Source: the human T2T-CHM13v2.0 reference genome, Homo sapiens
Direction: 5' to 3' (one strand)
Assembly: GCF_009914755.1 (NCBI RefSeq)
Contig: NC_060925.1
Length of the DNA stretch: 64,000 nt
Shown here: positions 1-15,363 of the stretch, piece after piece
Numbering within the stretch: the stretch's first letter is position 1
Layout: each line of letters starts with the position of its first letter
Notes under the pieces: generated by a model
Database searches by the model: none
Told to the model about the DNA's origin: nothing
Seen by the model: the letters and a program-made list of their open reading frames with translations, nothing else
Made by a program: the position numbers and the translations under genes

Positions 1-1008
1 AGAACTGGTTAGAGTATTTCTCACATCAGACTCCTTGAGAGCCCTTTTCTTTACTAAATTTCAGAGATTTTAGAAATCCTGAGTTCTTAGACTTTGCAGT
101 AAAAATAAATAGGCAGTTTGACGTTTTCAAAAGGATATTTTTGATTCAATAAACTCCTAATGTTTTATCTATATTTATTTATTTTTGCTTGTTGTACCCA
201 GCTCCACACAGAGTTCTCCCACATTTTCAATTTGTAATTTAATTCATGTCCTGTGGTGTTCCTTTGGCTTATTCTAAGAACTATATGAATGGCTTTGATG
301 AACTGTTTCTCTAAGCTAGTATTTCAACAATCTGACAGACAGAGAGACTCATCTCTAAGGAGGTAATTCAGCCTAGAGGGCGGTTAAGTATCACACATCC
401 AAAACATGACAGAGAAAAATTTTTAAAAAGTTTTATTGAAGTTATGAGTCACATAGTTGGGCTCTTAGCTCTGCAGATTTAAAAAAATCAAACAAAAATA
501 AAAACAAAACACGAAGTTAAACAGGACAAAATAAATGTAAAGTAGAAAATACTAATTGTTTCTAAAGATCTCTTGAAAAGTCTCCAGGGAGGGACAAGTG
601 GCATCAGCGAGGATCACGGACTTATTGGCTGGGTCCTGTGCAGAACTGTTGGACCCACAATTTCCCTGTTTGTAAAATATGGTTATTAAGAGCACCTGGC
701 TTATCGAGTTAGAAAATTAAATGAGTTCATAGTAGTCACTTAGGGTTTTCTAGCACCTAATAAGCAAATAAGTTTTTGATCTTACAATTATTCTAATTTA
801 TAAGCCTAGCAATACTTCTCATTTTCTCTCTTCCTTTATCTTAATGGTCTCAGTCCACACCTTCCACATTACTACATTCCCTAAGCTCTCAGCTCCATTT
901 CTCCCCTGACCCAGGACTTCTTAAGCTTTAATTAATTCTACTCCCTCCACCTTCTCTCTCTGAAGATTTAATTGTGTATGTGGAGTTATCTGTTTTTCCT
1001 GAGACCAG

Positions 1009-1325
1009 CTTTTTCTTTTTTCTTTTCTTTTCTTTCTTTTCTTTTTGAAATGGAGTTTCACTCTTGTTGCCCAGGCTGGAGTGCAGTGGTACAACAGGCT
1101 CACTGCAACCTCTGCCTCCCAGGTTCAAGCAATTCTCCTGCCTCAGCCTCCTGAGTAGCTGGGATTACAGGCATCTGCCACTATGCCAAGCTATTTTTTT
1201 TTTTTGTATTTTTAGTAGAGACTAACCATATAACATGTGGTTTCATCATGTTGGTCAGGCAGTCTCAAACTCCTGACCTCAGGTAATCCACTTGCCTCAG
1301 CCTCCCAAAGTGCTAGGATTACAGA
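1009..1325 (-). mobile_element. Alu (AluS-like), antisense
   Basis: T-rich tail followed by gagtttcactcttgttgcccaggctggagtgcagtgg...cctcccaaagtgctaggattaca. Confidence 0.95.
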
Positions 1326-1371
1326 CAGCTGAGGCCATGTTTTTCTTTACCCATCTTTTAATTGTAGTCTA

Positions 1372-1565
1372 AAGGTTTTCAGCCTTGCAATTATTGGACT
1401 TCTTGGGGCAGATAATTCTCCACTGTGGGGCTGTTCTATGCTTAGTAGGAGGCTTAGCTGCATCCCTGGCCTCTACCCACTAGATGCCAGAAATTCTCTT
1501 TCTACCTCTAAGTTTTGACAACAAAAAATGTCCCTTGGAGAGTCAAATTTACCCCTTTAGAAGAA
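1372..1565. mobile_element. MER20 (hAT-Charlie DNA transposon) fragment
   Basis: gcagataattct...gcatccctggcctctacccactagatgccag matches recalled MER20 consensus. Confidence 0.75.
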
Positions 1566-1953
1566 ATGCTAATTCTGCCTATTTTTTTGATAATTGCCTG
1601 CTACATCTTCACTGTTTTGTAATAGAGATGTCAGAAACATCTAGTAGCTAGCTCCTCCTACGACTGGGGAGTCCATTATGAGAGGACAATCACATTTCAG
1701 TCATTCTTTTCTGACAGTTAGAGGCCTCACTACAACCCCTCTCATCACATCCTGTCCCCCACTGCCGCACAATTCCAGCAGAAAAGGACTCGACAGATTC
1801 CTGAATTTTGCAGACCTAGAGCTAGAATTCTGCATCTTCCCTGTGGTGGTGCTGGATGTCAGGGGCAGACAGGAGGGCACACTTCCAGCCCCACCTAGGG
1901 AGAGACAGAGTGAAATGCCAAGGGAGACACCAGTGGTAATGAGGACAAGGAGC

Positions 1954-1959
1954 TTTATT
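1954..1959 (-). terminator. LCE3D: LCE3D polyadenylation signal AATAAA
   Basis: tttatt on + strand about 250 bp past the stop; same AATAAAGCT context as the other LCE3 genes. Confidence 0.85.
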
Positions 1960-2210
1960 TTTTGATGAGGTCAGGCACAAGCACTGCCAATCCTTCACAG
2001 GTACAGGGGTAAGGGAACATGTGACATCCTGGACATCAGACAGGAAGTGCCTTCTGGGGAGAGCTCAGACCTTCCACAGGAAAACCCCTAGCTCAGCCTG
2101 TGAAAGCCAGAAGAGGGTATCTGGGAACTCATGCATCAAGATGGGGTTTTCCTGGGCCCTTGGGATTCTTGTTTCCTCCAAAATCGCTTGTCTCAGCATC
2201 AGGATCCAGG

Positions 2211-2489
2211 TCAGCAGCAGCCTCCAGAGCCATGGCCGCAGCCAGAGCCCCCGCCTTGCTGACCACTGCCCCTGTCACAGGAGTTGGGCCTCTGGCGCCG
2301 GCATCGGTGGTGGCGCCTGTGGTGGTTCAGGAAGCAGCCGCCCTCGGAGCTAGGGCCACAGCCCCCAGAGCTTGGGGCACAGCCAGAGGAAGCTGGAGGC
2401 AGACACTGTACTGGGCTCTTTGGGGGACACTTGGGTGAGGGACACTTGGGTGGGGGTTGGCACTGCTGCTGGTTCTGCTGGCAGGACAT
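2211..2489 (-). CDS. LCE3D: Late cornified envelope protein 3D (92 aa)
   Basis: [29 protein letters not shown]...[37 protein letters not shown]; ATG in gccaagATG context, 21 nt after acceptor ttttgtccag. QQQ, KSPV and RPNS residues match LCE3D rather than LCE3E (recalled). Confidence 0.95.
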
Positions 2490-2510
2490 CTTGGCAGGAG
2501 TTGAGTTGTC

Positions 2511-3021
2511 CTGGACAAAACAAAGCCATTTGTTAGTCCAAAATCTACAGTCCAATGTCTCTAAGACCAGCGGCCTCCTGAGGCAAGAGCTGCAGGAAGG
2601 TGAGGGAAGCTGATGTGGAGTTGGTGGGACATGCCAGATGCCTCTCACTTTGTTCTCCACCAGGGACAGATTGCTGTGAGTCTAAGTGGGCATCCATGTT
2701 TCTGTTTCTCCAAAGAGCCTCTAGGAATGTACCCTTTTGACAAAAGGCATTCTGGAGAATGGAGATCATAGGAAACATGTGCCAGCCTGAGTAGAAAGAG
2801 GATGGGAAGGAATCATAAGCTTCTGTGGCCTTTGCAGGTCATGGAATTGCTGTCAGTTCCTGCAGGGTCTCCCTCCTGGCCCCAGTTCCCACATTGGTAC
2901 CCTCTCTGCCATCCTCTCTCCGGGCTTTTGTTTCAGATCTCTCCATTTCCCTCTCCTGCTATGACCTTAGTTTTCTGTTCCAACATCCCAAGTTGAGTCC
3001 CATCCCCTGCTGGACACTCAC
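2511..3021 (-). other. LCE3D: LCE3D intron (GT-AG, 511 bp) in the 5'UTR
   Basis: donor ctg|GTGAGT at 3021; acceptor ttttgtccAG at 2512-2511. Confidence 0.85.
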
Positions 3022-3160
3022 CAGGTGCAGAGGAGGCAGGAGAAGGCTGTTCCTGAGGAGACGGTGGATGAGGAGCCCAGGGCAGGAGTGCTTTTATCTT
3101 GTGCACGGTGTGTGATGCACAGCCTGGGCATGCTGCTGCTTTCACAACCAGGGGAGGTGT
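3022..3160 (-). promoter_or_regulatory. LCE3D: LCE3D non-coding exon 1 and core promoter (GATAAAAG at 3098-3091)
   Basis: block colinear and homologous with the LCE3C, LCE3B and LCE3A promoters. Confidence 0.8.
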
Positions 3161-3394
3161 CAACAAGGCACACGCCCAAGACTAGGTTTGTAGCTTTGGC
3201 ACTTCCATAATATCCAACCAATGACATTGAACCTGGAAGCAGGATCACTGTCCACATACCTCTCACCTGGGAGGCTACCACTGCTTCTTTTCTTCCTCCC
3301 TTCTTCCTTGTTTCAACTCACGTGCTGTGGAGCACAGTCTGTCCTTTACAATTTCCTGGGAATTAGTATGACATAATTCTTTCTTGAGTCATGA

Positions 3395-4900
<1,506 letters not shown>

Positions 4901-6695
4901 AGAAAAAACAATTAAAATAACAATTTTTAGAAATAAAAAATAATGAAATATACCAAAAGGGAAGCAAAGAATGATGAATACAAGATTTAGGATCATGGTT
5001 ATATTAGATGGGACAGGCAGGGACATGGGTGAAGGCTGAATTACACAGGTGCATATAATTTACTATCAAAGTTATCATTTTCGCTTGGATGGTGAATTTT
5101 TGTGTGTTTGTTATTTAAATAATAGACAAACAGGTAGGCACATTAATTAAGAAGGCCAAGCATGGATGAATTGTGAGCATATAATATGAACAGAGGGTAT
5201 TTGTTAATCTAATTTTGTGCTTCTGAAATCCAATAGTAAGAAAATTAAATGACATAAACTCCACGACAACTTGGACAACTTCCCAAGTTGCCATTGATGG
5301 CTTGCTCATCTCATCTTCCCCAAGAATGACTCAGCTGCTTTTCATAGCATCAGTCATATATTGCAAAGGAGAAGGGTTGATCCTTGGTTGGTTGTTTGTC
5401 CACTCATTTATTACTAATATGACTTCTCAGAAGATTCACCCTGGAACTAGACCTCAGATAAAGCACCTCCTGGCCCAGAGTCAACATGCTTGTTATTAGG
5501 TCATAACATCCTCATTTTGAGCCAGTCAAGTAAATTTCTTCTTCATTATCCCAGGTCCTCAGGATGTCAGGGATACTAAGAAGTTCTCACAGTGCAGAAC
5601 ATTTGGAGCTGCTCCATGCTCTGAGAGAAGTAACTGGGCTGTGGACTGTGTTCTGAGAAGAACAAGTGGTTGGAGATTTCATAAGAGATGTGTGAGATTA
5701 AGGAGTTCCATCCCAAGAAGAAAAAGAATGTCTCCAAATTAGGATATGGAGACAGAAACTCAGAAAGGGACCCAGTGGTGGAGCTAAGAAAAAGCCAGCT
5801 ACAAGTCAGCTTTCAATTCATGAGGAAAGGTGGACCCTCCTGCTGACAAGTTCTGAAATGCTTTGAGTCACACTGACAGGCGGACATGTGTTATACTCAA
5901 AATGAAGTCTTACAGCAATTCAAAGTTGTACATCATTAGGAGTAAATACGGACTCTGTACTTATTTCTGGACAACGACTGTACATGGAAAAGTAATTATT
6001 CACTTCTGAAGCTAGGTTTGAACTCCAAGACAAAGACAGTTCTCTCACCCACACTATAATGCCTACATTTTGCCTTTGGGCTCAGTCATCACAGATATAA
6101 ATACCATATTTGTGTAGTGTCTATCTTCTCTGCTAGGTTGTAAGATCCCTGAAGAAAGTAAATGTGCCCCTTATTCAGTGCTGAAACCCAAGCTGAGCAA
6201 GCCACTTACTGGCCTTAGCAGATATTCAGCTTGTGTTTCTCAAATAAAGGATGATGAGAGTCAATTCCAACATGTAAGATTGGTGATGGCATGTCGGAAA
6301 GAGAGAGGCTCAGATCAAACTTTGGGCTTGAGAAGAAAAGTTATAGAGTGATGTCTCCAGTGAGGGTTGCAGATCAGGGGTCAGGGTAGACCCAACAGGG
6401 CATCTGGGACTCTCTGGGAGCACCCTCTCACTCCTCTCACTCAGGCTGCCCCATTCCTGTTCTCTAGGTTTTAGGTCTGACACCACTGGCATTTTTTCCG
6501 ATATTTTTTTTCCACTCTCTTGGTTGCTTTTCAGCCTCACCATCCAGTTTGACATAAAAAAGCACATTGCACCTGTTATGGGACAGTCACTAGAAGAGCT
6601 AATGGCTGCTCTCAGTGCAGCAGTTAAGCTGAAAATGCAAATACACCTAGAAACCCGGAAGGGAATGAGGATCTTATGTTGAAGACCGAGAGGAC

Positions 6696-7063
6696 TTTTG
6701 TATATGGGGTGAGATAAGGGTCCAGTTTCATTCTTCTGCATGTGAATATCTAGTTTTCCCCAAACCATTTATTTAAGAAACTATCCTTTTTCCATTGTGT
6801 GTTCTTGGCACCTTTGTCAAAGATCAGTTAACAGGAAGTGTGTGTGTGGGTTAATTTATGGGCTCTCTAGCTCTCTATTCTGTTCCATTGATCTATGTGT
6901 CTGTCTTTTTTTTTTCATGCTGTTTTGATTACTGGAGCTTTGTAGTACATTTGAAATCAAGTGGTGTATTACGTCCAGCTTTGTTCTTTTGTCCTTAAGA
7001 TTGCTTTGGCTATTCAGGGTATTTTGTAGTTCCACATGAATTTTAGGATTTAAAAAAAATTCT
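6696..7063 (-). mobile_element. Host L1 (L1MA-type) inverted segment, part 1
   Basis: antisense late ORF2 (WGKLDIHMQKNETGP...); continues at 13312-13385 and 20846-21088. Confidence 0.8.
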
Positions 7064-10000
7064 ATTTTATTTTTCAAGATGGTATATTGGAGGCTTTAGC
7101 ATGACTCTTCCACTTGGAAATAGCAAAATAATGCATAAAGATCAAAATTATGGCTTTAATTCAAGAACGAAAATGGGAATTCACTGGAAAGCAAAAGACA
7201 TCACAGTTCCTAAGGAGGCGAAAATGGGCAAACAACCCTTGTTATAGAGTCCAGCTGAAAAGTGAGTGAAGCCCCAATATGTGAGAGGGGCACACATTAT
7301 GACTTAGCTTTCTAATGGGGATCCATGCAACCCAGGCCAAAGGAGAGCATCATATTTCTCCCATGCCCTGGAGCTAGCTTGAGAAGAGGTTGGGAGACAC
7401 TGAGAGGGAAAGACACTGGGAAAAGCTGCGGAGATTTTCCCGAACCCAGTACTGAAAGCAGGATGCCATTTTTAATCCAGGCACATACAAAGTCAGCCAT
7501 TCTCTGATGACTTGGCAGTATGGCTGTGCAGGCATTTTAGTCTTGGGCCAGAGAGTGGAGCACTTACCCTGGAGTAGGGTAGGGGTCTCTACAGCCATAA
7601 TCTAATGGCAAGTGTGGAAAGTGCCCCACAAGTAGGTGCTGGAACTGTGTTCTCCCCTATCACCGCAGTAGGAGAACTACTGCAGCTGCTGTTTCTTCTG
7701 GGTGGTAAGACTTGCAGCCAGGGCCACCTGGTGTGGAGACCCGGAATTAGTCTGTATGTGTCATTCATGGGTGCTCCAGCCTGCTCCCCTGAGACTGTGC
7801 TGCAGCAGGGCAATTTCTGCTCCATGCTCCCACAGATCTTCAGACATTCAGGACTCCACTTGTCTGGATCAGCAGCCTGAGCTGCCCCATTCTTCCAGTG
7901 CAGATTGTGGTAAAGCAGGGCCCTCTATGCTTTATGCCTAGGCAGATATTCAGGCATCTGGAGCACCCACTCTCCTGGATTAGGAGTTCAAGCTGCCCCC
8001 CAACACTTCCATGCAGAGAACTTGGGGCCAAGGAGGTTTCCCAGCTCCAGGCCTAGGCACCCCACTGGGAGCCTTTCTCCCTTGGTGCTGGTGCTTGTGC
8101 CTGCCATTGGAGGATCTGTTAGGTGGGCTGCCCAGTGTGGCTCTACCCATCTTTGTATGCCCCCAAGGACTGAGCAGGGAGCTCAAACCACTGAGCACCC
8201 CACAGATCAGCCCATTGCCTGAGGCAATTCAGAGCTTCTGTCCGTAAACAAGTATCAAATATATACCTATTTGCATTGACCACTGCTGGCTTTTACTCAT
8301 AAGCACCATCTACTGGCCTGTAGGTCAAACTGATCAGCCCAAAATAAAACCTGCCAATAGAAGTGCCTAGGGCATAGGGCTACAGAAGTAGTCAAAAGAC
8401 CCTAGCCAACATTTTCTACAGTCACACCTTCTAGGGAGGAAGGGGGAAGGAAAAAAAAAAAAAGAACAAATCAATAAAATTATAGGGAAATAAATAAAGA
8501 AAAAATCTTATCCACATGAAAATATTTACATAGAAGTGCTAGGCTAGCATCACCAGATGAGAAAGAACTAGCACAAGGACTCTGGTACCATGAAAAGTCT
8601 GAATGTTGTGACACCTCCAAAAGATCTTCAGCAATGGTCCCTAACCAAAATGAAATCTCAGGAATTACATATAACAAATTCAAAACATGAATTGCAACAA
8701 AGCACAATGAGATCGAAGACAAGGTTGAAAATCAACATAAAGAAACTTCTAAAGCAATGCAGAAAATAAAGGAAGAGATAAAAAATCTTAAATCAATCAG
8801 AGATTCTGAATTTAAAAACTCACTTAAAGAAATTCAAAATATGATTGAAAGCTTTACCACTAGACTAGACCAAGCAGAAGAAAGAATTTCACTGGTATGA
8901 ATACCAATCTTTTGAACTAATCCAGTCAGACAAGAATAAAGAAAAAAGAATTTAAAAAACGAACAAAGTCTTTGAGGAAGGATATTCTGTAAAGCAACCA
9001 AACCTACAAATTACTGGCATTTCCAAGAAAGAAGGAGAAAGAGTAAACAACCTGGAAAGTATATTTGAGGGAATAACTCAAGGAAATTCCCCTCATCTTG
9101 CTAAAGAGGTAGACATTAAGACACAAGAAATATAGAGAATGTGTGCAAGATACTATACAAAACAAACATCACCAAGGCAGATAGTCACCAGACTGTCCAA
9201 GATTAATGCTAAAGAAAAAAATCTTAAAGGCAGCTAGAGAAAAAGGTCAGACCACATACAAAGGGAAGCCCATCAGGCTAACTGCAGAGTTCTCAGCAGA
9301 AAACATACAAATCAGAAGACATTGGGGGCTCATTTTCAGCATCCTTAAAGAAAAGAAATTCCAACCAAGAATTTAATCCCCTATCAAACTATGCTTCATA
9401 AGCAAAGAAGAAATAAAATCTTTTCCAGACCAATGATTACTAAGGGAATTTGTTACCACTAGACTAACCTTACAAGAAATCTTTAAAGGAGTTCTAAACA
9501 TGGAAACAAAAGAACAATACCTGGTCCACAAAAACACAGTTAAGTACATAGCTTGCAGACCCCATGAAGCAGCTACACAATAGAAACTACAAAGCAGCCA
9601 GCTCACAACTTCACAATCAAAACTTCACATATCAATATGTGGGCTTGAGTATAAATGGTCTGCAGGCCCAATTTAAATGGCACAGAATGGCAGGTAGGAT
9701 GAAAAAGCAAGACTTATCCATCTGATGTCTTCAAGAGACCCATCTCAAATGTAGCGACAATTATAAGCTCAAAGGGGTTGGAAAAGGATCTATCATGCAA
9801 ATGGAAAACAAAACAAAGTGGGAGTCAATATTCTTAGATAAAATAGACTTTAAATCAACAAAAACTAAGAGAAAAACCAAAGAAGGCAATTACATAAAAA
9901 TAATGCATTCAATTAAACAATAAGATTTGACTATCCTAAATATATATGCATTCAACATTGGGGCACTCCAGTTCATAAAACAAGTACTTCTAGGTATATG

Positions 10001-13000
10001 AAAAGAACTTAGCCACACAATGATAGTGAGGACTTCAACACTCCATTGGCAGTGTTAGACACATCATCGAGGCAGAAAACTAACAAATTCTGGACTTAAA
10101 TTGGACACTTGATGAATTGGGTTAACAAACTTCTACAGAGTACTTCACCCATTAATCACAAAATAAATTCTTCTCACCTGCACATGGAACATACTCCAAG
10201 ATTAACCACATGCTCAGCCATAAGGTGAGTCTCAATAAATTTAAAAAAATTGAAATCATACAATTTATACTTTTGGACCACAGTGGAATAAAAACAAAAG
10301 TCAATACTAAGGAGATGTCTCAAAACCAAACAATTACATGGAAATTAAACAGCTTGTTTCTGGATGAATTTGGGGGAAACAACAAAATTAAGGCAGACAT
10401 AAAAAATTCTTTGAAATAAATGAAAACAGAGATAAAACATCCAAAAAGTTAACAACCTAACATCACTCCTAGAGGAACTAGGGAAATGAGAAAAATTAAC
10501 CCAAAGTTAGAAGAAAAGAAATAACTAAAATCAGAGCAAAACTGAATGAAATTAAGATCCAAAACCACACAACTTCCCAAGACTAAATCAGGAAGAAACT
10601 GAAAACTTGACCAGACCAACATGGAGCTCCAAAATGGAATTAGTAATTAAGAAACCGTACCAACCAAAAAAAGCCCTAGACCAGATGGATTCATAGCTGA
10701 ATTCTACCAGAGGTACAAAGAATAGCTGGTACCCATTCTACTAAAACTATTCCAAAAAATTGAGGAGGAAGGACTCCTCCCTAACTCATTCTATGAGTCC
10801 AGCATCATTCTGATACTAAAAATCTGGGAAAGATAGAATGAAAAAGAAAAATATAGGTCAATATCTCAGATGAACAGACACAAAAATCCTCAACAAAATA
10901 CTAGCAAGCTGAATCCAGCAGCACACCAGAAAGTTAATTAACCACAATCGAGTAGGCCTTATTCCTGGCATGTAGGTTTGGTTCAACATATGCAAATCAA
11001 TATAAGTGATTCACCTCATAAACAGAATTAAAAACAAAAACCTTATGATTGTCTCAATAGTGCAGAAAAATCTTTTGATAAAATCTAACATCCTGTCATA
11101 AAAACCCTCCACAAACTAGGCATTGAAGGAACATACCTCAAAATAATAAGAGCCATTTATGACGAACTCACAATCAACATCATACAGAATGTGTAGAATC
11201 TGGAAGCATTCCCCTTAAGAACATGAAGACAAATAGGCTCCTTCTCACCACTCCTATTAAATCTAGTAGTGGAAATTCTAGTCAGAGCAATCAGGCAAAA
11301 GAAAGAAATAAAAGACATCCAAATAGGAAAAGAGTAAGTCAAATTATCTCTTTTCTCTGATTCTGTACCTAGAAAACCCTAAAGACTCTGCCCTAAGTTT
11401 CCTAGAACTGATAAGCAACTTCAGTAAAGTTTCAGGATACAAAATCAACACACAAAAATAAGTAGCACTTCTACTCACCAATTACGTTCAAACTAAGAGC
11501 CAAATAAAGAATGCAATCCATTTACAATAGACCCCCAAAAATACCTAGGCATACATCTAACCAAGATGGTGAAAGATCTCTATAAGGAAGACTAAAAATC
11601 ACTACTGAAAGAAATCGTAGATGACACAAACAAATCGGAAAACATTCCATGCTCTTGGATTGGAAGAATCAATGTCGTTATAATGACCATATCGCCTGAA
11701 ACAATCTACAGATTCAACACTATTCCTATCAAACTACCAATATAATTTTTCATGGAATTTTGATAAAAACTACTCTATATTCAATATGGAACCAAAAATG
11801 AGCCAAAATAGCCAAGGCAATTCTAAGCAAAAAGAACAAATTTGGAAGCATCATATTACCCAACTTAAACCATACTGTAAGGCCACTAACCAAAACAGCA
11901 TGGTACTGGTACAAAAACAGACATATAGACCAAAAGAACAGACAGATTACCTAGAAATAAAGCAATACCTCTATAGCCAGCTGATTTTTGACAAAGTCAA
12001 CAAAAATAAGCAATAGGGAAAGGATTCCCTATTCAATAAATTATGCTGGGATAACTGGCTATCCATATGTGGAAGAATGAATCTGGACCCCTACCATTCA
12101 TCATATACAAAAATTAACTCAAGGTGAATTAAAAATGTAAATGTAAGACCTCAAACTATAAAAATTCTGGAAGAAAGCCAAAGAAATACAATTCTGAACA
12201 TCAGCCTTGGCAAAGAATTTATGATTAAGTCCCCAAAGGCAATTGCAACAACAAGAAAAGTCAAGTGGGACCTAATTAAACTAAAGAGCTTCTGCACAGC
12301 AAATGAAACCATCGCAGAGTAAACAGACAACCTACAGAATAGGAGAAAATATTCATAAACTATGCATACAACACAGTTCTAATATCCAGAATCTTTAAGG
12401 AATTTAAACAATTCGACAGGCAAAAAAACCCCACAAATAACCCCATTAAAAAGTGGGCAAAGGACATGAACAGACACTTCTCAAAAGAAGGCATATAAGC
12501 GGCCAATAAACATACTCAATATCACTAATCATCAGAGAAATGCAAATCAAAACCACATGAGATACTGTCTCACACCAGTTAGAATGGCTATTATTAAAAA
12601 GTCAAAAAATAACAGATATTGGCAAGGTTGTGCAGAAAAGGAAATGCTTGTACACTGCTGGTGGGAATGTAAATTAGTTCAGCCACTGTGGAAAGCGGTT
12701 TGGAGATTTCTCAGAGAACTTAAAACAGAAATGCTATTCGACCTGGCAATCTCATTACTGGGTATATATCCAAAGGAAAATAAACTGTTCTACCAATAAT
12801 AATAGTAATAATAATAACCTATACACTCTTAAATTCATCACAGCACAATTCACAATAGCAAAGACATGGAATCAGCCTAGATGCCCATCAACAGTGGATT
12901 GGAAAATTATAACGTGGTACATATACACCATGGAATATTACACAGCCATAGAAAAGAATGAAATCACGTCTTTTGCAGCAGTGTAGATCCAACTGGATGC

Positions 13001-13302
13001 CATTATCCTAAGAAAATTAATGCAGGAACAGAAAACCAAATACTTCATGTTCTCACTTATAAGTGGGAGCTAAATACTGGATACACATAAACATAATGAT
13101 GGCAACAATAGACACTAGACAACTAGAAGGGGAGAGAGGAAAGGATGCAAGGAGTGGAAAACTACTATTGGGTATATGCTCACTACCTGAGTGATGGGAT
13201 CATTTGTACCCAAACCTTAACATTGTGTAACATACTAATATAAACAATCTGCTCGTGTACACCTGAATCTAAAATAAAAGTTGAAACTGTAAAAACAACA
13301 TC
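7064..13302 (+). mobile_element. Near full-length old L1P (L1PA15/16 or L1PB-like), degenerate
   Basis: 5'UTR starts caagatgg, then ORF1, EN, RT and 3'UTR with A tail; candidate TSD aaaaaattct at 7054-7063 and 13303-13312. Confidence 0.88.
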
Positions 13303-15000
13303 AAAAAATTCTGTCAGAATGTCATTGGAATTTTGATAGACATTGCAGTAAATCTGTAGATTGCTTTGGGGAATATGGACAATTTATTCATTTATTTATT
13401 TTAATGTATATTATTTTTAATTGACAAACTAGAATTGTATTACATTTATTGAGTACAATGTAATGTTTTGACATTTTGTGTAGTGATATATTTGAAATTT
13501 GCTCTCTCTATTTTGAACTAAGCCATACATAATTATTGACTGTATTCACTCTCCTGTGCGATAGATCTTAAAACATATCCCTGCTGTCTAGCTAAAAATT
13601 TTAAGTTTTTGATTAACAAATCCCCAAGTCCTTTGCTGCCCTCTCCCTCTAGCCTCTGTTAACTACCATTATACTGTCTGCTTCTATGAATTCAGCTATT
13701 TTTAGATTCTATAAATAAGTGAGATCATGCATTGTCTTTCCATATCTGGCTTATTTCACTTAGTGTAATGTCCTTTAGGTTCATCCATGTTGTCACAAAT
13801 GACGGGATTTCCTTATTTTATAAGGCTGAGTAGTAGTCTATTGTGTACGTATACTACATTTTCTTTCTCCATTGATAGACACAGGTTTATTCCATATCTT
13901 AGATACTGTAATTAATGCTGTAATAAATATGGGAATGTAGATATCCCTTTGATACAACGATTTCAATGCCTTGGATATATTTTCAGAAGTAAGATTGCTG
14001 AATCATATTTTAGTTCTATTTTTAGTTTTTTCAGGAACATCCATATCATTTTGTATAATGTTTATTATAATTTACATTCCCACCAACAGTGTACAAGTGT
14101 TCCCTTTTCTCTGCATTCTCACCAACACTTTTCTTTTCTTTTTTTCTTTTTTTAGATATATAAGCCATTCTAACAGGTGTGAGTTGTTATCTTACTGTGG
14201 TTTTAATTTGCATTTTCCTGATAATTAGTGATGCTGAGTTTTTTTTTTTTCCTAAACCCGTTGGTCATCCCTAGGTCTTTGTTTGAGAAGTGTCTGTTAA
14301 AGTTCTTTCCCCATGTTCAAATTTTTTTTCTTGCTACTGAGTTGAGTTCATTACATATTTTGGATATTAACCCTTTATCAGATATATGGTTTGCAAATTT
14401 TTTTTCCACTCTGTGGGTTGTCTGTTCACTTTGTTAATTGGTTCTTTGGCTGTGCAGAAGGTTTTTAGTTTAACTAACAAAAGCAATCCAATTTTTCTAT
14501 TTTTGCTTTCGTTGCCTGAGCTTTCAGGGTCATATTCAAAAAATTATTGCCCCGAGCAATGTCATGGAGCTTTCCCCCTATGTTTTCTTCTAATAGTTTT
14601 AAAGTTTCAGGTATTATGTTTATGTCTTTAATCCATTTTGAGTTTATTTTTGTGTATGCTGCAAAATAAAGGTCTAATTTCACTTTTATGCATGATAACC
14701 AGTTTTCCCAGCACTACTTATTGAAGAGACTGTCCTTTACCCATTGTGTGTTCTTGGTACCTTTGTCAAAAGTCAATCGACTGTGAACGCTTAGGTTTAT
14801 TCCCTGGCTTTCTACTAAATTGTTCCATTTGTCTATGTGTCTGTTTTTATGCAAGCACTGTGCTGTTTTTACTACTGTAGCTTTGTAGTAGATTTCAAAA
14901 ATAGGTCAGGTGATATCCCCAGCTTTGTTATTTTTGTTCAAGATTGCCTTGAACTGTTTGTGGTCTTTTGTGCTTTCACGTGAATTTAAAGATTATTTTT

Positions 15001-15363
<363 letters not shown>

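Noticed and set aside
921-1154. Alu-derived ORFs (also at 3.7, 15, 26.3, 57.5 and 58.9 kb)
   Set aside because: Standard Alu translation artefacts
2490-2660. 57-aa N-terminal extension of LCE3D in the ORF track
   Set aside because: Non-ATG start lying in the intron; the true start is the conserved MSCQQ ATG at 2489
6310-6768. 152-aa minus-strand ORF, also open in the matching plus frame, with a faint LCE-like flavour at 6520-6630
   Set aside because: Begins within L1 sequence, no recognisable domain, and LCE similarity is too weak to support
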